DNA from: a virus
Lineage: Duplodnaviria > Caudoviricetes
DNA: 64,000 nt
Direction: 5' to 3' (one strand)
IMG/VR virus record: IMGVR_UViG_2886218242_000014
Location: 622 to 64,621 of that record
The notes beneath the pieces were generated by a model. That model was not told where the DNA came from and did no database searches. It saw only the letters and a list, made by a program, of their open reading frames with translations. Made by a program: the position numbers and the translations under genes. Below, piece by piece: positions 25,441 to 35,613 of the stretch (position 1 is the stretch's first letter; each line of letters begins with the position of its first letter).

Positions 25441-27804
25441 ATGGCAGAAATTCAATTCAACGTTAACATGGACTTGGTAGACAAATATGTGCCTGCCGAG
25501 GACATTACAATCCCTCAAGAGGATAACCTGTCAGTTAAGTTCACCTACTCAATATTCAACAGAAAGGTAGCTGAGGACTTAACAGGTGCTACCAATATAG
25601 TAGTCTCATACGTTAAACCTGACGGTCATATCGTCCTCCAGGGTAACGGTACGTTAGAGTTACCTAACAAGGTTAATATCGTAGCGAACGCACAAGTTTT
25701 CACCTATGTAGGCAAAGTCTACACGCAGGTCCAATATAAGAAGGGTGCTCAGACATTTAACACGAGGCAGGCGTTCTTCTGGGTAGAGAAAAGTGGGACA
25801 AGCTGTACTACGGTGGCTAGCTCTGATTTTGCTCCCTACCTAGACAATGTAATTGCTACTGGGGAGATGCTAAATGGTATTGACTTGCAGGCACTCATTG
25901 ATAGCAAACAGACTGCTGAGAACGCTCAGGCAGACGTTGATACGCTGACTCCTAGGGTAACTACTCTAGAGACGGATGTAAGTTCTCTAAAGGCTCGCGT
26001 GACTGCTGTCGAGACAAAGAACACTCAACAGGACACTCGATTGACTTCTCTGGAGAATCAACAAGGAACATTCGCTGCAAACATTGGTAACTTGCAAGCT
26101 AGTGATACTGCACAGAATACTCGATTGACTAACCTAGAGAGCGGACAGGCTACTCAGGATAACCGCTTGACTGCTGTCGAGACAAAGAACACTACACAAG
26201 ACAGTAGGTTAACTTCTCTGGAGACAACTGCCGGAGATATTCCTACTATGAAGTCTGATATCACAGCGATCAAGGGAGTTAATACTACACAGGATAATCG
26301 TTTGTCTACTTTAGAGACAGCCAAGGTAGCGAATGACACAAAGAACGCTACACAGGATACTAACATAGGAAATAACGCTACAGCTATCTCGGCGTTACAA
26401 ACGAGTCAGACTGCACAAGATACAAAGATTGCTAACTTAGAAACTTACCAGACTTCTTCTAATACTAGGATTACTGCTACTGAGACTAAAAATACTACAC
26501 AGGATTCTCGGTTGCTAGCTCTAGAGCAGGCTCAACCGGATCTAGAACCTATTGAGGATCGGTTGACTGCTGTAGAGACTAAGAATACTGCACAGGATAC
26601 TAGGTTGACAGACTTAGAGACAGCCAAGGTAGCCAACGATACAAAAAATACTCAACAGGATTCACGATTGACTTCTCTGGAGAACGGCGCTAGCTCGTTA
26701 GCAGCTACTGTGGCGAACAATAAGACTGCACAGGATACAGTCAATACTAGTACGAATAGTTCTCTCACAAGTTTAACTACACGAGTAACAGCTACTGAGA
26801 CAAAGAACACTCAACAGGACACTCGTTTAGATGCTGTGGAAGCAAAGAACACGAGTCAGGATACGAAGATAGCTACTCTAGAGGGTGCTAACTCGGGTAT
26901 CATTGCTGACATAGATGCTCTAGAGTCTTCTGTAGGTGGCCACGAGGTTCGCCTAGATGAGAACGACACAAAGAATGCCTCACAGGATGCCCTCATAGCT
27001 TCAAACTCTTCAGCGATCTCCTCGCTAACTACTACAGTCAACAACAACCAAACAGGTATGAACACACGAGTAACGGCTCTAGAGACAGCCAAGGCAGCAA
27101 ACGATACAAAGAATACTGCACAGGATAACAGACTGACAGCTCTAGAGAATTACGACACTACACAGGATACTCGTATGACGGCTATCGAGGGAGTTAACAT
27201 TACTCAGAACACTCGATTGACTAACGTAGAGACGAGCGCTACTAATCTAGGAAACACAAAGGTTAACAAAGCAGGCGACACCTTGACAGGTAACCTTACT
27301 GAAGATGTATCGTCTGCGGTTGGTGGTTACGCTTGGAAGGGAGGCATTACTGACTTAGGGTTGATTGCTGATAAGGACGGCTTCTGGAGATTACGTAACT
27401 GGGCTAAAAGTAAAGATGTTTTCTCCTACAATGCAAATACTGAGTTGATGTACTTCAATGCTGATTCTAACTTGTTAAGAAAAACAGACTACACAGCAAA
27501 AGACGGACGAGTTAATTTAACCTTGACAGCAGATGCTGTTAACTTTAGTACTAATAGACCTTTAATAGCCGACAGACGAGGTAATACTGTAACTATTAGG
27601 GGTGCTGTAGGGTTAATCTCTACAGCTGTAGGTAATGTGATTTCGACGCTTCCAACAGATGTTAGACCTACAACAGACATACCTATGACGACACTTGCTA
27701 CAGATGGAACATTCTTGGCAATCGACATTATGCAGGATGGTCGAATTAATTTCTGGACAAAAGGTAAAAACGTTTACCTATCTTTCACTTACGTAGTCGA
27801 CTAA
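25441..27804 (+). CDS. Tail fibre / receptor-binding protein: BppU-like N-terminus, repeat stalk, C-terminal head
   Basis: IVVSYVKPDG N-terminus; more than a dozen TKNTxQDxRLTxLE repeats; RRGNTVTIRG...TLPTDVRP C-terminal domain. Confidence 0.85.
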   Translation: MAEIQFNVNMDLVDKYVPAEDITIPQEDNLSVKFTYSIFNRKVAEDLTGATNIVVSYVKPDGHIVLQGNGTLELPNKVNIVANAQVFTYVGKVYTQVQYKKGAQTFNTRQAFFWVEKSGTSCTTVASSDFAPYLDNVIATGEMLNGIDLQALIDSKQTAENAQADVDTLTPRVTTLETDVSSLKARVTAVETKNTQQDTRLTSLENQQGTFAANIGNLQASDTAQNTRLTNLESGQATQDNRLTAVETKNTTQDSRLTSLETTAGDIPTMKSDITAIKGVNTTQDNRLSTLETAKVANDTKNATQDTNIGNNATAISALQTSQTAQDTKIANLETYQTSSNTRITATETKNTTQDSRLLALEQAQPDLEPIEDRLTAVETKNTAQDTRLTDLETAKVANDTKNTQQDSRLTSLENGASSLAATVANNKTAQDTVNTSTNSSLTSLTTRVTATETKNTQQDTRLDAVEAKNTSQDTKIATLEGANSGIIADIDALESSVGGHEVRLDENDTKNASQDALIASNSSAISSLTTTVNNNQTGMNTRVTALETAKAANDTKNTAQDNRLTALENYDTTQDTRMTAIEGVNITQNTRLTNVETSATNLGNTKVNKAGDTLTGNLTEDVSSAVGGYAWKGGITDLGLIADKDGFWRLRNWAKSKDVFSYNANTELMYFNADSNLLRKTDYTAKDGRVNLTLTADAVNFSTNRPLIADRRGNTVTIRGAVGLISTAVGNVISTLPTDVRPTTDIPMTTLATDGTFLAIDIMQDGRINFWTKGKNVYLSFTYVVD

Positions 27805-27818
27805 GGAGGAATAACTAT

Positions 27819-28130
27819 ATGGCTAAATACTATGGATATTGCTACAACGAGGAAGGACGATTCACCGAGATTATCCCGCTCGAGTATGAAACTAACGAGG
27901 AAACTGGAGAGGAAACCCCTCTCCTACCTCCTATGTGTACTTTAGAGCAACCACCTGATGGAATCTATTACCCTATCTGGACAGGCTCTAAATGGAAGAA
28001 AACTGTGGAGGCACCACCTAATCCTCCAGAACCGCCAACTCCATCAGATGTCGAAAGGCTACAGGGACAGATAGATTTACTCAATAAGGCTATAGGAGAA
28101 TTAATCATCGGAGGTGCACTCAATGGCTGA
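27819..28130 (+). CDS. Tail fibre accessory protein
   Basis: YCYNEEGRFTE...PPDGIYYPIWTGSKW. Confidence 0.7.
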   Translation: MAKYYGYCYNEEGRFTEIIPLEYETNEETGEETPLLPPMCTLEQPPDGIYYPIWTGSKWKKTVEAPPNPPEPPTPSDVERLQGQIDLLNKAIGELIIGGALNG

Positions 28131-28269
28131 CTTTATGGCTCAAATGATTATCAATGGTATGTACACTTATGATTTTGTTATCTCTAGGAGACCTGACTTA
28201 AAAGAAGGTATCGACAAGTACTTAATCGCTAAAGGTAGAGAAGATTTAATTACTAAGGAGGAAAACTAA
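28123..28269 (+). CDS. 48-aa conserved-type phage protein (MADFMAQMIINGMYTYDFVISRRPDLKEGIDKYL...)
   Basis: GGAGGTG RBS; usual position before the lysin gene. Confidence 0.65.
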   Translation: MADFMAQMIINGMYTYDFVISRRPDLKEGIDKYLIAKGREDLITKEEN

Positions 28270-28270
28270 T

Positions 28271-29113
28271 ATGTTTACACCTAACCAGCCAGACCGATTT
28301 GTTGTAGATATTTCTCACCACAATAGTGATATAGACTTTGATGTAGCTCGCCAACACGTAGGATACTTCATAGCTCGCACTGGAGATGGCCACCGAGTCA
28401 ACACTAACGGAGAACGCCAAGGTATTCTTGACAGAAAGTACAAGCAATTTACCTCGCAGATAAAAGATAAGGGTATCCCTTTTGGCAACTATATGTTTAA
28501 TCGCTTCTCAGGTGTAGCATCAGCTAGACAAGAAGCAGAAGACTTCTGGGCAGTAGGCGACAAAGCAGCTACCTCATGGGTATGTGATGCAGAGGTTTCA
28601 ACTGCTCCGAATATGCTCGAATGTATTCAAGCCTTTGTAGATCGTCTCCGCGAGCTAGGAGCTAAGAAGGTCGGTCTCTATATAGGTCATCACAAGTACA
28701 AAGAGTTTGGTGGCTCACAAGTAAAGAACATTGACTTCGTGTGGATTCCTCGCTACGGAGCTAAACCTTCCTTTGATTGTGACCTTTGGCAGTTCACCGA
28801 GACAGGAAGTATTCCGGGGATTGGCAAGTGTGATATCAATATGAGTATGAACCCTAACAAGCCTATCAGATGGTACTATCAAGGAGAACCACAATCTCAG
28901 CAGCCGAAAATGTTCAAGGTACAAACTGGCGGAGTAGGATTTGATAATCTACCTAAGCTGGCTAACATGATGACCTATGCAGGAGTCACTGGTAAGATTC
29001 ACACTCAACTAGATGGAATAGCTTATGTTGTAACAGATGGATTCGAAGCTGGCACAATGGACAAGTTTACTGCTCAGCTCGACGAACTGAATTGGCATTA
29101 CGACTACCTGTAA
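28271..29113 (+). CDS. Endolysin, GH25 muramidase with C-terminal cell-wall-binding domain
   Basis: VVDISHHN, DAEV, LWQFTETGSIPGIGKCDIN; KVQTGG... Amidase02_C-like tail. Confidence 0.9.
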   Translation: MFTPNQPDRFVVDISHHNSDIDFDVARQHVGYFIARTGDGHRVNTNGERQGILDRKYKQFTSQIKDKGIPFGNYMFNRFSGVASARQEAEDFWAVGDKAATSWVCDAEVSTAPNMLECIQAFVDRLRELGAKKVGLYIGHHKYKEFGGSQVKNIDFVWIPRYGAKPSFDCDLWQFTETGSIPGIGKCDINMSMNPNKPIRWYYQGEPQSQQPKMFKVQTGGVGFDNLPKLANMMTYAGVTGKIHTQLDGIAYVVTDGFEAGTMDKFTAQLDELNWHYDYL

Positions 29114-29191
29114 AGTTATGACCTGAGTAAGAACTAACTCGTAAGTCCCTGCGTGGGCAGTCCCAAACTAAATGAGAGGATATGATAGGTG

Positions 29192-29332
29192 ATGAATAAG
29201 AAGAAGGCGATCAAGTTAGCATACGTATTAGTTCCTGTGGTAGGCGTTCTCCTAGGAGGCGCTCTAGCCCCTGAGCAGGTGGATTCTATCATGAAGATAC
29301 TAACAGATATCATCACAGTTTTCGCACAGTAA
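29192..29332 (+). CDS. 46-aa holin-like peptide (MNKKKAIKLAYVLVPVVGVLLGGALAPEQV...)
   Basis: Basic N-terminus, TM segment, directly after the lysin gene. Confidence 0.5.
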   Translation: MNKKKAIKLAYVLVPVVGVLLGGALAPEQVDSIMKILTDIITVFAQ

Positions 29333-29338
29333 CACCTA

Positions 29339-29368
29339 AGGAGATGGCTTACGAGCTGTCTCCTTTTT
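29339..29368 (+). terminator. Terminator closing the late operon
   Basis: GGAGATGGC...GCTGTCTCC followed by TTTTT. Confidence 0.8.
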
Positions 29369-29524
29369 CTTGTTTACAGGTTAAACTTTCCAGTGTATAA
29401 TAAGAACGAGTGTTCCTATAAAATATTACCTCAGTAATTTTCTTAAACTAGTTGACTAGTATTACCAAATAAGCTATGATATTACCAAGGTATTTCTTAC
29501 CAGAGAAAAAGGGGAGGTTTTCCT

Positions 29525-29752
29525 ATGGAGGAAAAGTTAGAGAAGTTTGACAAGAAAGTGAATACAGAGGTTTTAAAACTAATTAGTTCTCTCGGGTTCA
29601 AGACAAGTGAGAACGCATCTCTGGAAGAAGAAATCGAACTCAGTAGGGAAATGGGTGCGCAGGGGATTGAATTAAACGTTGAAGGTGACACTAGCGAGGG
29701 GAAATATGTAGTCACTATTCAGCTAACAAAAACTTTAGAACTAATTTTGTAA
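29525..29752 (+). CDS. Hypothetical protein
   Basis: GGGGGAGG RBS. Confidence 0.6.
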   Translation: MEEKLEKFDKKVNTEVLKLISSLGFKTSENASLEEEIELSREMGAQGIELNVEGDTSEGKYVVTIQLTKTLELIL

Positions 29753-29757
29753 AAGTG

Positions 29758-29786
29758 TTGACTCCATGGTATGACCATGGTACTAT
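29758..29786 (+). promoter_or_regulatory. Sigma-A-type promoter with conserved spacer (representative of about 16 copies)
   Basis: TTGACT-17 bp containing GGTATGACCATGG-TACTAT. Confidence 0.85.
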
Positions 29787-29899
29787 AGAGATAAGCCAGT
29801 TAGGACAAGCTATCTGGCTTTTATAACACCTATGAGTCATACCTGAGTAATACCACAGCCAAGCCGAACAACCAACTAAAACGAAAAGGGGTAGATCAA

Positions 29900-30760
29900 A
29901 TGGCAAACCAAGGATGGAACACAGTAGGAGAAGAAACTCAAGGAAACAACGGAGGCGGACAACCTCAAGAGGACAAGTTAGACTTCTTAGCAACTCCAGA
30001 GGGAGAAACTGAGATCCGCGTCCTCGATGAAGCTCCGTACTACTATCAAGAGTGGTGGGTTGTACAGGGTAACGAAGGAAAAGGTACAAGCATTCCCTAC
30101 AAAGGTAAAGGCAAGGACTTACTAGAGAAAGCTAATCAGGAGTTTATGGCTAAGGTGTTCGCTGAGGCAGACGCCAAAGGGTTAAAGAACGGTAGTGACG
30201 CTCGTAAGAAGTTCGTTAAAGCTAATGGATACGATAAGCAACCATTCGGCAAGCTAAAAAATAAATACCTAATTCACGTACTCGACAGGGCAACTGGAGA
30301 AGTTAAGCTACTAGACAAGGGTAAAGGCCTATTCGAGAAGTTGAAAGGATTCGCTCTCCATAAGTACCACGGAGACTTACGAACTTACGATGTAACAATT
30401 GTCCGAAAAGGTAACGGCTGGATGGATACTGAGTATGACGCTATGGCGTGCCCTACTAAGATACCTCTCACAGAGGAAGAGATCGCACTGTACGAGGCTA
30501 AGAAGGTTGACCTACACAAGTTAAAAGGTGGAGAGGATTTAACTCCTGAGCAATGCTTATTCGTAGCTAACGGAGGCGCTTGGTCAGAGGTTAACAACGT
30601 AGGACAAGCCGACAACTCTGTACAGGAGATGGCCGAGGAGAATTACCAAGCAAACTTAAAGCCTGGCTCGTTAGGTGCTAACGACAAAGAAGAAACTACT
30701 GTAAACACATCTAAAGAGGGAGCACTATCCGACGAGGAGCTAGAGAATGTCGAGTTCTAA
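29900..30760 (+). CDS. Single-stranded DNA-binding protein-like
   Basis: First gene of the replication cluster, LDFL..EGETEIRVLD, acidic C-tail ending in F. Confidence 0.65.
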   Translation: MANQGWNTVGEETQGNNGGGQPQEDKLDFLATPEGETEIRVLDEAPYYYQEWWVVQGNEGKGTSIPYKGKGKDLLEKANQEFMAKVFAEADAKGLKNGSDARKKFVKANGYDKQPFGKLKNKYLIHVLDRATGEVKLLDKGKGLFEKLKGFALHKYHGDLRTYDVTIVRKGNGWMDTEYDAMACPTKIPLTEEEIALYEAKKVDLHKLKGGEDLTPEQCLFVANGGAWSEVNNVGQADNSVQEMAEENYQANLKPGSLGANDKEETTVNTSKEGALSDEELENVEF

Positions 30761-31028
30761 GATCCCACCTCATATGGTTTCTTGGCTGTCTGCTGAAGGG
30801 TGGACGGCTGAGGAACTTTCCTTCGTAGAAGATAACTGGGAGTCATGTAAGATAGAAGAGTTTAATAGAAATGCACAACTGAAAGTACAAGCTTTCATGA
30901 GAATAAAAGCTAGATGGATAAAGCAAGCAAGGGGGAGAGAGCGTGAGTACGACTCCAAAAATAAGCTCCAAAGAAAGGATTCACCGAGCTGGTTCGGAGA
31001 GGGCATTAATCGGGATCTGTTTAAATAA
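30747..31028 (+). CDS. Hypothetical protein overlapping the helicase start
   Basis: GAGGAG RBS; about 85-nt overlap makes the 3' end uncertain. Confidence 0.5.
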   Translation: MSSSKIPPHMVSWLSAEGWTAEELSFVEDNWESCKIEEFNRNAQLKVQAFMRIKARWIKQARGREREYDSKNKLQRKDSPSWFGEGINRDLFK

Positions 31029-32298
31029 ACCTGACCAGTTAATCCTCGCTAGTGGATCTGGATTGAAGCCGGAACACTTTGCAGTAGATGCTCACAAGTA
31101 CATCTACATGGCCATGTCCTACCTCATAGAGAATGGCAACGAGCCTGACCCAACTAGTATTACTCAAGTGTTTACAGATGAGAAAGCTAACAAGGCTATC
31201 GAGGAGATGGGTGGATTAACCTATATAGAATCAGCTAAGTTGACACCCTACGTAGGTAACACTCAGATGTTCATTGACAATATCAAGCAAGCAGCAGCTC
31301 GCAGGTCGATCTATGAGCAGGCTCAAAAGGTTATGTCTCGAGTAGAAAAGGATGCTGACTCAGATATTAACTCGGTGCTTAGTGCTGTGGAGAGTGACTT
31401 TAGAGACATCTCAATAGAATATCAAGTTGCTACAGGGGTTACCAAGCTAGGGGAGAATACGGCTGACAGGTTGAAGCAACGTTTGCTAACTCCTATGGAT
31501 GTCGTAGGATTAAAGACTGGGTGGAAACTGTTCGACTTAGCTACTCTAGGATTGATTGATGGAGAGTTAACTATCGTTGGAGCCAGATCCAAAGTAGGTA
31601 AATCTACTGTATTACTAAACTGGTGTAATAAAATCTGCATAGAGGACGGCGTTCCTACCCTGTATATCGATACAGAAATGTATTCACACGAGCAGGAAGA
31701 CAAGTTACTGAGTATCATCTCTGGGGTACCCCACGAGGAAATCCGTACAGGACGCTTTGGAGTAGACACCGAGGCAGGAAAAGCAATAGACAAGATAGCT
31801 TCTCTACAGGATGCTAACAGGGAACTAAAGGAGGCTCCGTTCTATCATGTATACCTACCTAACTTTACGCCTGAGAAGATTAAAGCTCTGGTGCGTAAGT
31901 ATCAAGTGGAATATGGTGTCAAGCTCGTTGTATTCGACTATATCAAACTACCTAGTTCAGATAGTAGTCTAGGAGATAAAGAGTTTCAGGCGTTAGGATA
32001 TCTCACTAGTTCACTTAAGGACACTGCTGGAGAGTTAGGCGTACCGATTATCTCAGCAGTACAACTCAATAGATCGGCTGTAGGGAAAGATGATATGGAT
32101 GAGGGCATGGTAGCCGGCTCAGATAGAATCTTATTCTTAGCTAACAGGCTGTGCTTCCTGAGAAAGTCTACGGAGGAAGAATACGCTATGACAGGTTGCT
32201 CTAGGCAATTCAAGATAGGTGCTCAACGTATGGGACAGGAACTCGATTGGACACCTATAAAGGCTGACTCTAAAAACTGGCGAATGGAGATGATCTAA
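30943..32298 (+). CDS. dnaB: DnaB-like replicative helicase
   Basis: GARSKVGKS Walker A, LVVFDYIK Walker B, ISAVQLNR. Confidence 0.92.
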   Translation: MSTTPKISSKERIHRAGSERALIGICLNKPDQLILASGSGLKPEHFAVDAHKYIYMAMSYLIENGNEPDPTSITQVFTDEKANKAIEEMGGLTYIESAKLTPYVGNTQMFIDNIKQAAARRSIYEQAQKVMSRVEKDADSDINSVLSAVESDFRDISIEYQVATGVTKLGENTADRLKQRLLTPMDVVGLKTGWKLFDLATLGLIDGELTIVGARSKVGKSTVLLNWCNKICIEDGVPTLYIDTEMYSHEQEDKLLSIISGVPHEEIRTGRFGVDTEAGKAIDKIASLQDANRELKEAPFYHVYLPNFTPEKIKALVRKYQVEYGVKLVVFDYIKLPSSDSSLGDKEFQALGYLTSSLKDTAGELGVPIISAVQLNRSAVGKDDMDEGMVAGSDRILFLANRLCFLRKSTEEEYAMTGCSRQFKIGAQRMGQELDWTPIKADSKNWRMEMI

Positions 32299-32467
32299 TG
32301 AAAGGTATTACTAAACAAGGCCTAATTAAAATTATCCAAGATAACTGGAGAGACGACCAAGTTATTCTAGAGGATGATTGGAAGTTTAAACAAGTGTGGA
32401 AACAGTTTGGTGAGAATTATTTTATAGAAAATAACCAATGGACTCACTTTCCTAAGGAGGAATCTAA

Positions 32468-32665
32468 ATGACACCTTTCATGATATACCTAATAGTCGGT
32501 GCTCTCTGGGCAGCACTCTGCAAGTGGTCTGGTGAGATAGACAGACAGTTAGATGAACAAGGAGCTAACTCATTACGTAACCAACTAGGTATTACCGTAG
32601 TCATAATCCTAATGTGGGCGCCTATCTTGGTAATCTGGGGATTAGAAAAACGCAAGGGGGAATAG
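32468..32665 (+). CDS. Small membrane protein
   Basis: Two hydrophobic helices, AAGGAGG RBS. Confidence 0.6.
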   Translation: MTPFMIYLIVGALWAALCKWSGEIDRQLDEQGANSLRNQLGITVVIILMWAPILVIWGLEKRKGE

Positions 32666-32668
32666 CTG

Positions 32669-33685
32669 GTGAGTATCGTCAAGAGGTTAACCGATAAGAT
32701 GGACGTACGAGCCATCCTCGAGGAGTTGAACGCTCAAGGAATCAAATCCATGGGATCTGAGCTACGGAGCTGTTGTCCTGTTCACGGTGGAGACAATCCT
32801 ACCTCGTTTGTAATCAACAAGCATACAGGGCTTTTTTACTGCCACTCAGCTCACTGCTCTGGAGATATATTTGATCTCATTATGCAGGTCGAGGAGATAG
32901 GCTTTAAGCAAGCTGTACAATGGCTAGCTAACCTCCAAGGCATCACCGATATAGACTGGGATCGAGAGGAGATCGACGAGAACTACTTCCGTGACGAAGC
33001 TAAGAAGTTTATCGAACTCATGATGAAGCGAGCTAACAAGAAAGAACTCCCAGAGTGGTCTCCTAAGGGGATGACTTTCGAGCCAGTCACAGAGTACCGA
33101 GGATATTCTCCTGAGACAATAGCTCACTGGGGGCTTCAGAGCTGTCTCTCAGGGGACTTAGTCGATAGGATATATATTCCTATGGAGGACGTAGATAACC
33201 GTCAGGTTGGAGCTACAGGAAGGGCTACACTAGAGGAGCAGGCTCACAAGTTTTATCACCGTCCGAGGTCACTTAATACGGGATATTTCTTAACTGGGTT
33301 AGGACGCAATCTAGAATACGTCAGGGAGGCAAACAATACAGTTAAAATCGTTGAGGGAGTCTTTGATGCTGCTAGATGGTTCGACTCAGGGTTCCGCAAT
33401 GTAGCAGCTCCTATAGGTTTATTTTTCACAGATGAGCACGTAGAGCAACTCTTCAAAGGTGGAGTAACCACTATAGAGTTAGGCTTCGATAATGATCCTG
33501 CTGGAAGGAATGGTATCCGTAAGGCTATCAAGAAAGCGACTCACAAGTTTGAGATCTATGTGTTAGATTACCCAGAAGGTAAAGACGCAGATGATTGTAC
33601 TCCAGAGGAACTAGCTCAGGTGGATGCTAACAAGATGACGCCTTGGGAGTGGTACAATAAGTACGGAAAGGAGATAGAAAAATGA
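32669..33685 (+). CDS. dnaG: DNA primase (zinc-binding domain + TOPRIM)
   Basis: CCPVHGGDNPTSF..FYCHSAHC; IVEGVFDA; GFDNDPAG. Confidence 0.92.
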   Translation: MSIVKRLTDKMDVRAILEELNAQGIKSMGSELRSCCPVHGGDNPTSFVINKHTGLFYCHSAHCSGDIFDLIMQVEEIGFKQAVQWLANLQGITDIDWDREEIDENYFRDEAKKFIELMMKRANKKELPEWSPKGMTFEPVTEYRGYSPETIAHWGLQSCLSGDLVDRIYIPMEDVDNRQVGATGRATLEEQAHKFYHRPRSLNTGYFLTGLGRNLEYVREANNTVKIVEGVFDAARWFDSGFRNVAAPIGLFFTDEHVEQLFKGGVTTIELGFDNDPAGRNGIRKAIKKATHKFEIYVLDYPEGKDADDCTPEELAQVDANKMTPWEWYNKYGKEIEK

Positions 33686-33869
33686 TTCTATGGAGCAATG
33701 TCATTATCACAAGTATATTCTTCTTTGTTGGATGGTTTGGAATTGAATGGCTAAAGAGAAAGATTAGGAAATAACTTGCCTTCTCGGTATGACCATGGTA
33801 AGATTAACTCAATAGAAAATATGACGGAGGTAATACTATGAAGCTACAAACTAAGGAGGCTACCATCTC

Positions 33870-34088
33870 ATGAGAATCAACCACGAGCACGAAGCCATCA
33901 AGGATAGAGCTGAAGATTTATACTACGAAGGTTACGACACAGATCAAATCTTCGACGCAATCATGGAGCAGTACGACATCAGAGAGGACGAGCTAGAGCA
34001 ATTACTCATCGAGGTTGAACACCGAGTGAATGATGTACCTAACGAGGGTTACATCGTAGAAGAACCTAATCCATATGAAAGCTGCTGA
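33870..34088 (+). CDS. Acidic hypothetical protein
   Basis: AAGGAGG RBS, downstream of a family promoter (33776-33804). Confidence 0.6.
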   Translation: MRINHEHEAIKDRAEDLYYEGYDTDQIFDAIMEQYDIREDELEQLLIEVEHRVNDVPNEGYIVEEPNPYESC

Positions 34089-34100
34089 GGAGGCTAACTC

Positions 34101-34409
34101 ATGAAAAATACAATCGTATTAGAGTCAATCCTAAACAAGCATGACCGCATGGAGGAAGCTGACAAGTTCTCGTTCTCCTATAAGAATCCCCACATATTGG
34201 CTGCCTTGTACTACGTAGAAGGATTAAGCACTACCCAAATGGCAGAGCACTTGTCTTGCCACAAGAGAACAATCAGGCGCTATATGAACTACTTCGCAAT
34301 GCCTAGGTTCACGAAACACTTTAGCCAGCTCGTGAGACATCACGGAATAGATGGAGCTAGGCAGATACAAGACCCGGAGTTCGGAGAAGTAGGTGATTGG
34401 ACTGATTAA
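34101..34409 (+). CDS. HTH DNA-binding protein
   Basis: LSTTQMAEHLSCHKRTIRRYM. Confidence 0.7.
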   Translation: MKNTIVLESILNKHDRMEEADKFSFSYKNPHILAALYYVEGLSTTQMAEHLSCHKRTIRRYMNYFAMPRFTKHFSQLVRHHGIDGARQIQDPEFGEVGDWTD

Positions 34410-35613
34410 GGCAACCTGTGTTAGGTGCGGCAGGAGAGTGGTAATTCATCTGCCGAGTATATGTCTGCAATGTAAATACGAGCTCACTAGGATAACTAAT
34501 AAATCATGGTTCAGGGAGGAAGAGACTAATGAGACAAAGACTAGAAAGCCTAATTGATACTTGTGAGAAGAAGATAAGAATGCCTTTAGATAAATCTACC
34601 ATAGAGTACTATCGTGGGAAAAAGAATGCTTACGAACACGCATTGGTATTACTGGAGTCATACGAGGAGGTTATCTAATGTTTATTTTAAGCTCTAGAGA
34701 TGGAATTAATTGTGAAGTATGCGCTAAGAACATTGTAGATTGTACCTGCGAGGAAGACTTCGAAGGGTATCATGAAGAGTACAAAGTTGAGAGTAATAGA
34801 GTCTAAGGAGGCGAACTAAATGGACAAGTTCACTACCCGCGAGTTAACTATCGAGATACTAGAAGACATACCAGCTCACAAGGTATCACGAGTCAGGATA
34901 AACGGTAAGGAAACTGTGATGGGATACTTTCAGCTACAGTTCTTGAGAGGATATGCTAAGGAGGAAGAGACTAATGAGAGAGCATAGACCGTATGGTGAC
35001 TATAAAGGAGTAACTCTTTATTATAACGATGTGATTATTACTGTGGGAGAAATGCACCCTGCAAGTCTAGAATACAAGTGTCACTTACAGAACCATAACA
35101 AGAGTATCTATTTGTACCATGAGGAGATTGCTTGTCTGTTAAACCTACAGAGGTTAATCAAGGAGGAAACAAAATGAACCGTCTACAGAGAATTATCGCA
35201 CAGATGCAATACCTAGTTACCTACGAGTCGGCAGTTATTGAGGACGACATTAGAGACCAGATCGTAGAGCTTCTGACTCACGAGGAGATCGAACACAGAG
35301 TTAGCTATTTAGACGATAACAATTGGATAATCGACGTAGGCTCTTACCTTCTCAACTAACCCCTGAGGAGGTATTTTTTTTACCTAAAAAGCTTTACTTT
35401 ACGGTATGACCATGGTATGATTTACTTAAGAGTTAAACAAAGGGGAATTACGATGGTTACTAAAGAACACACGCAATACATTACAGCTTGCTCAGTGTTA
35501 GCAGAAGGGTTAGAGTTCACAGAAGAGTTGGCTACTGAGTCAATTCCACAGGTTATCAATATAGCATCACAATTTGGTAAATCAACTAAAGAGGTAGTTG
35601 AGGAGGTAAATTC

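Noticed and set aside
25441-27804. Tail fibre repeats as a diversity-generating retroelement target
   Set aside because: No reverse transcriptase and no template/variable repeat pair with adenine-specific mismatches.
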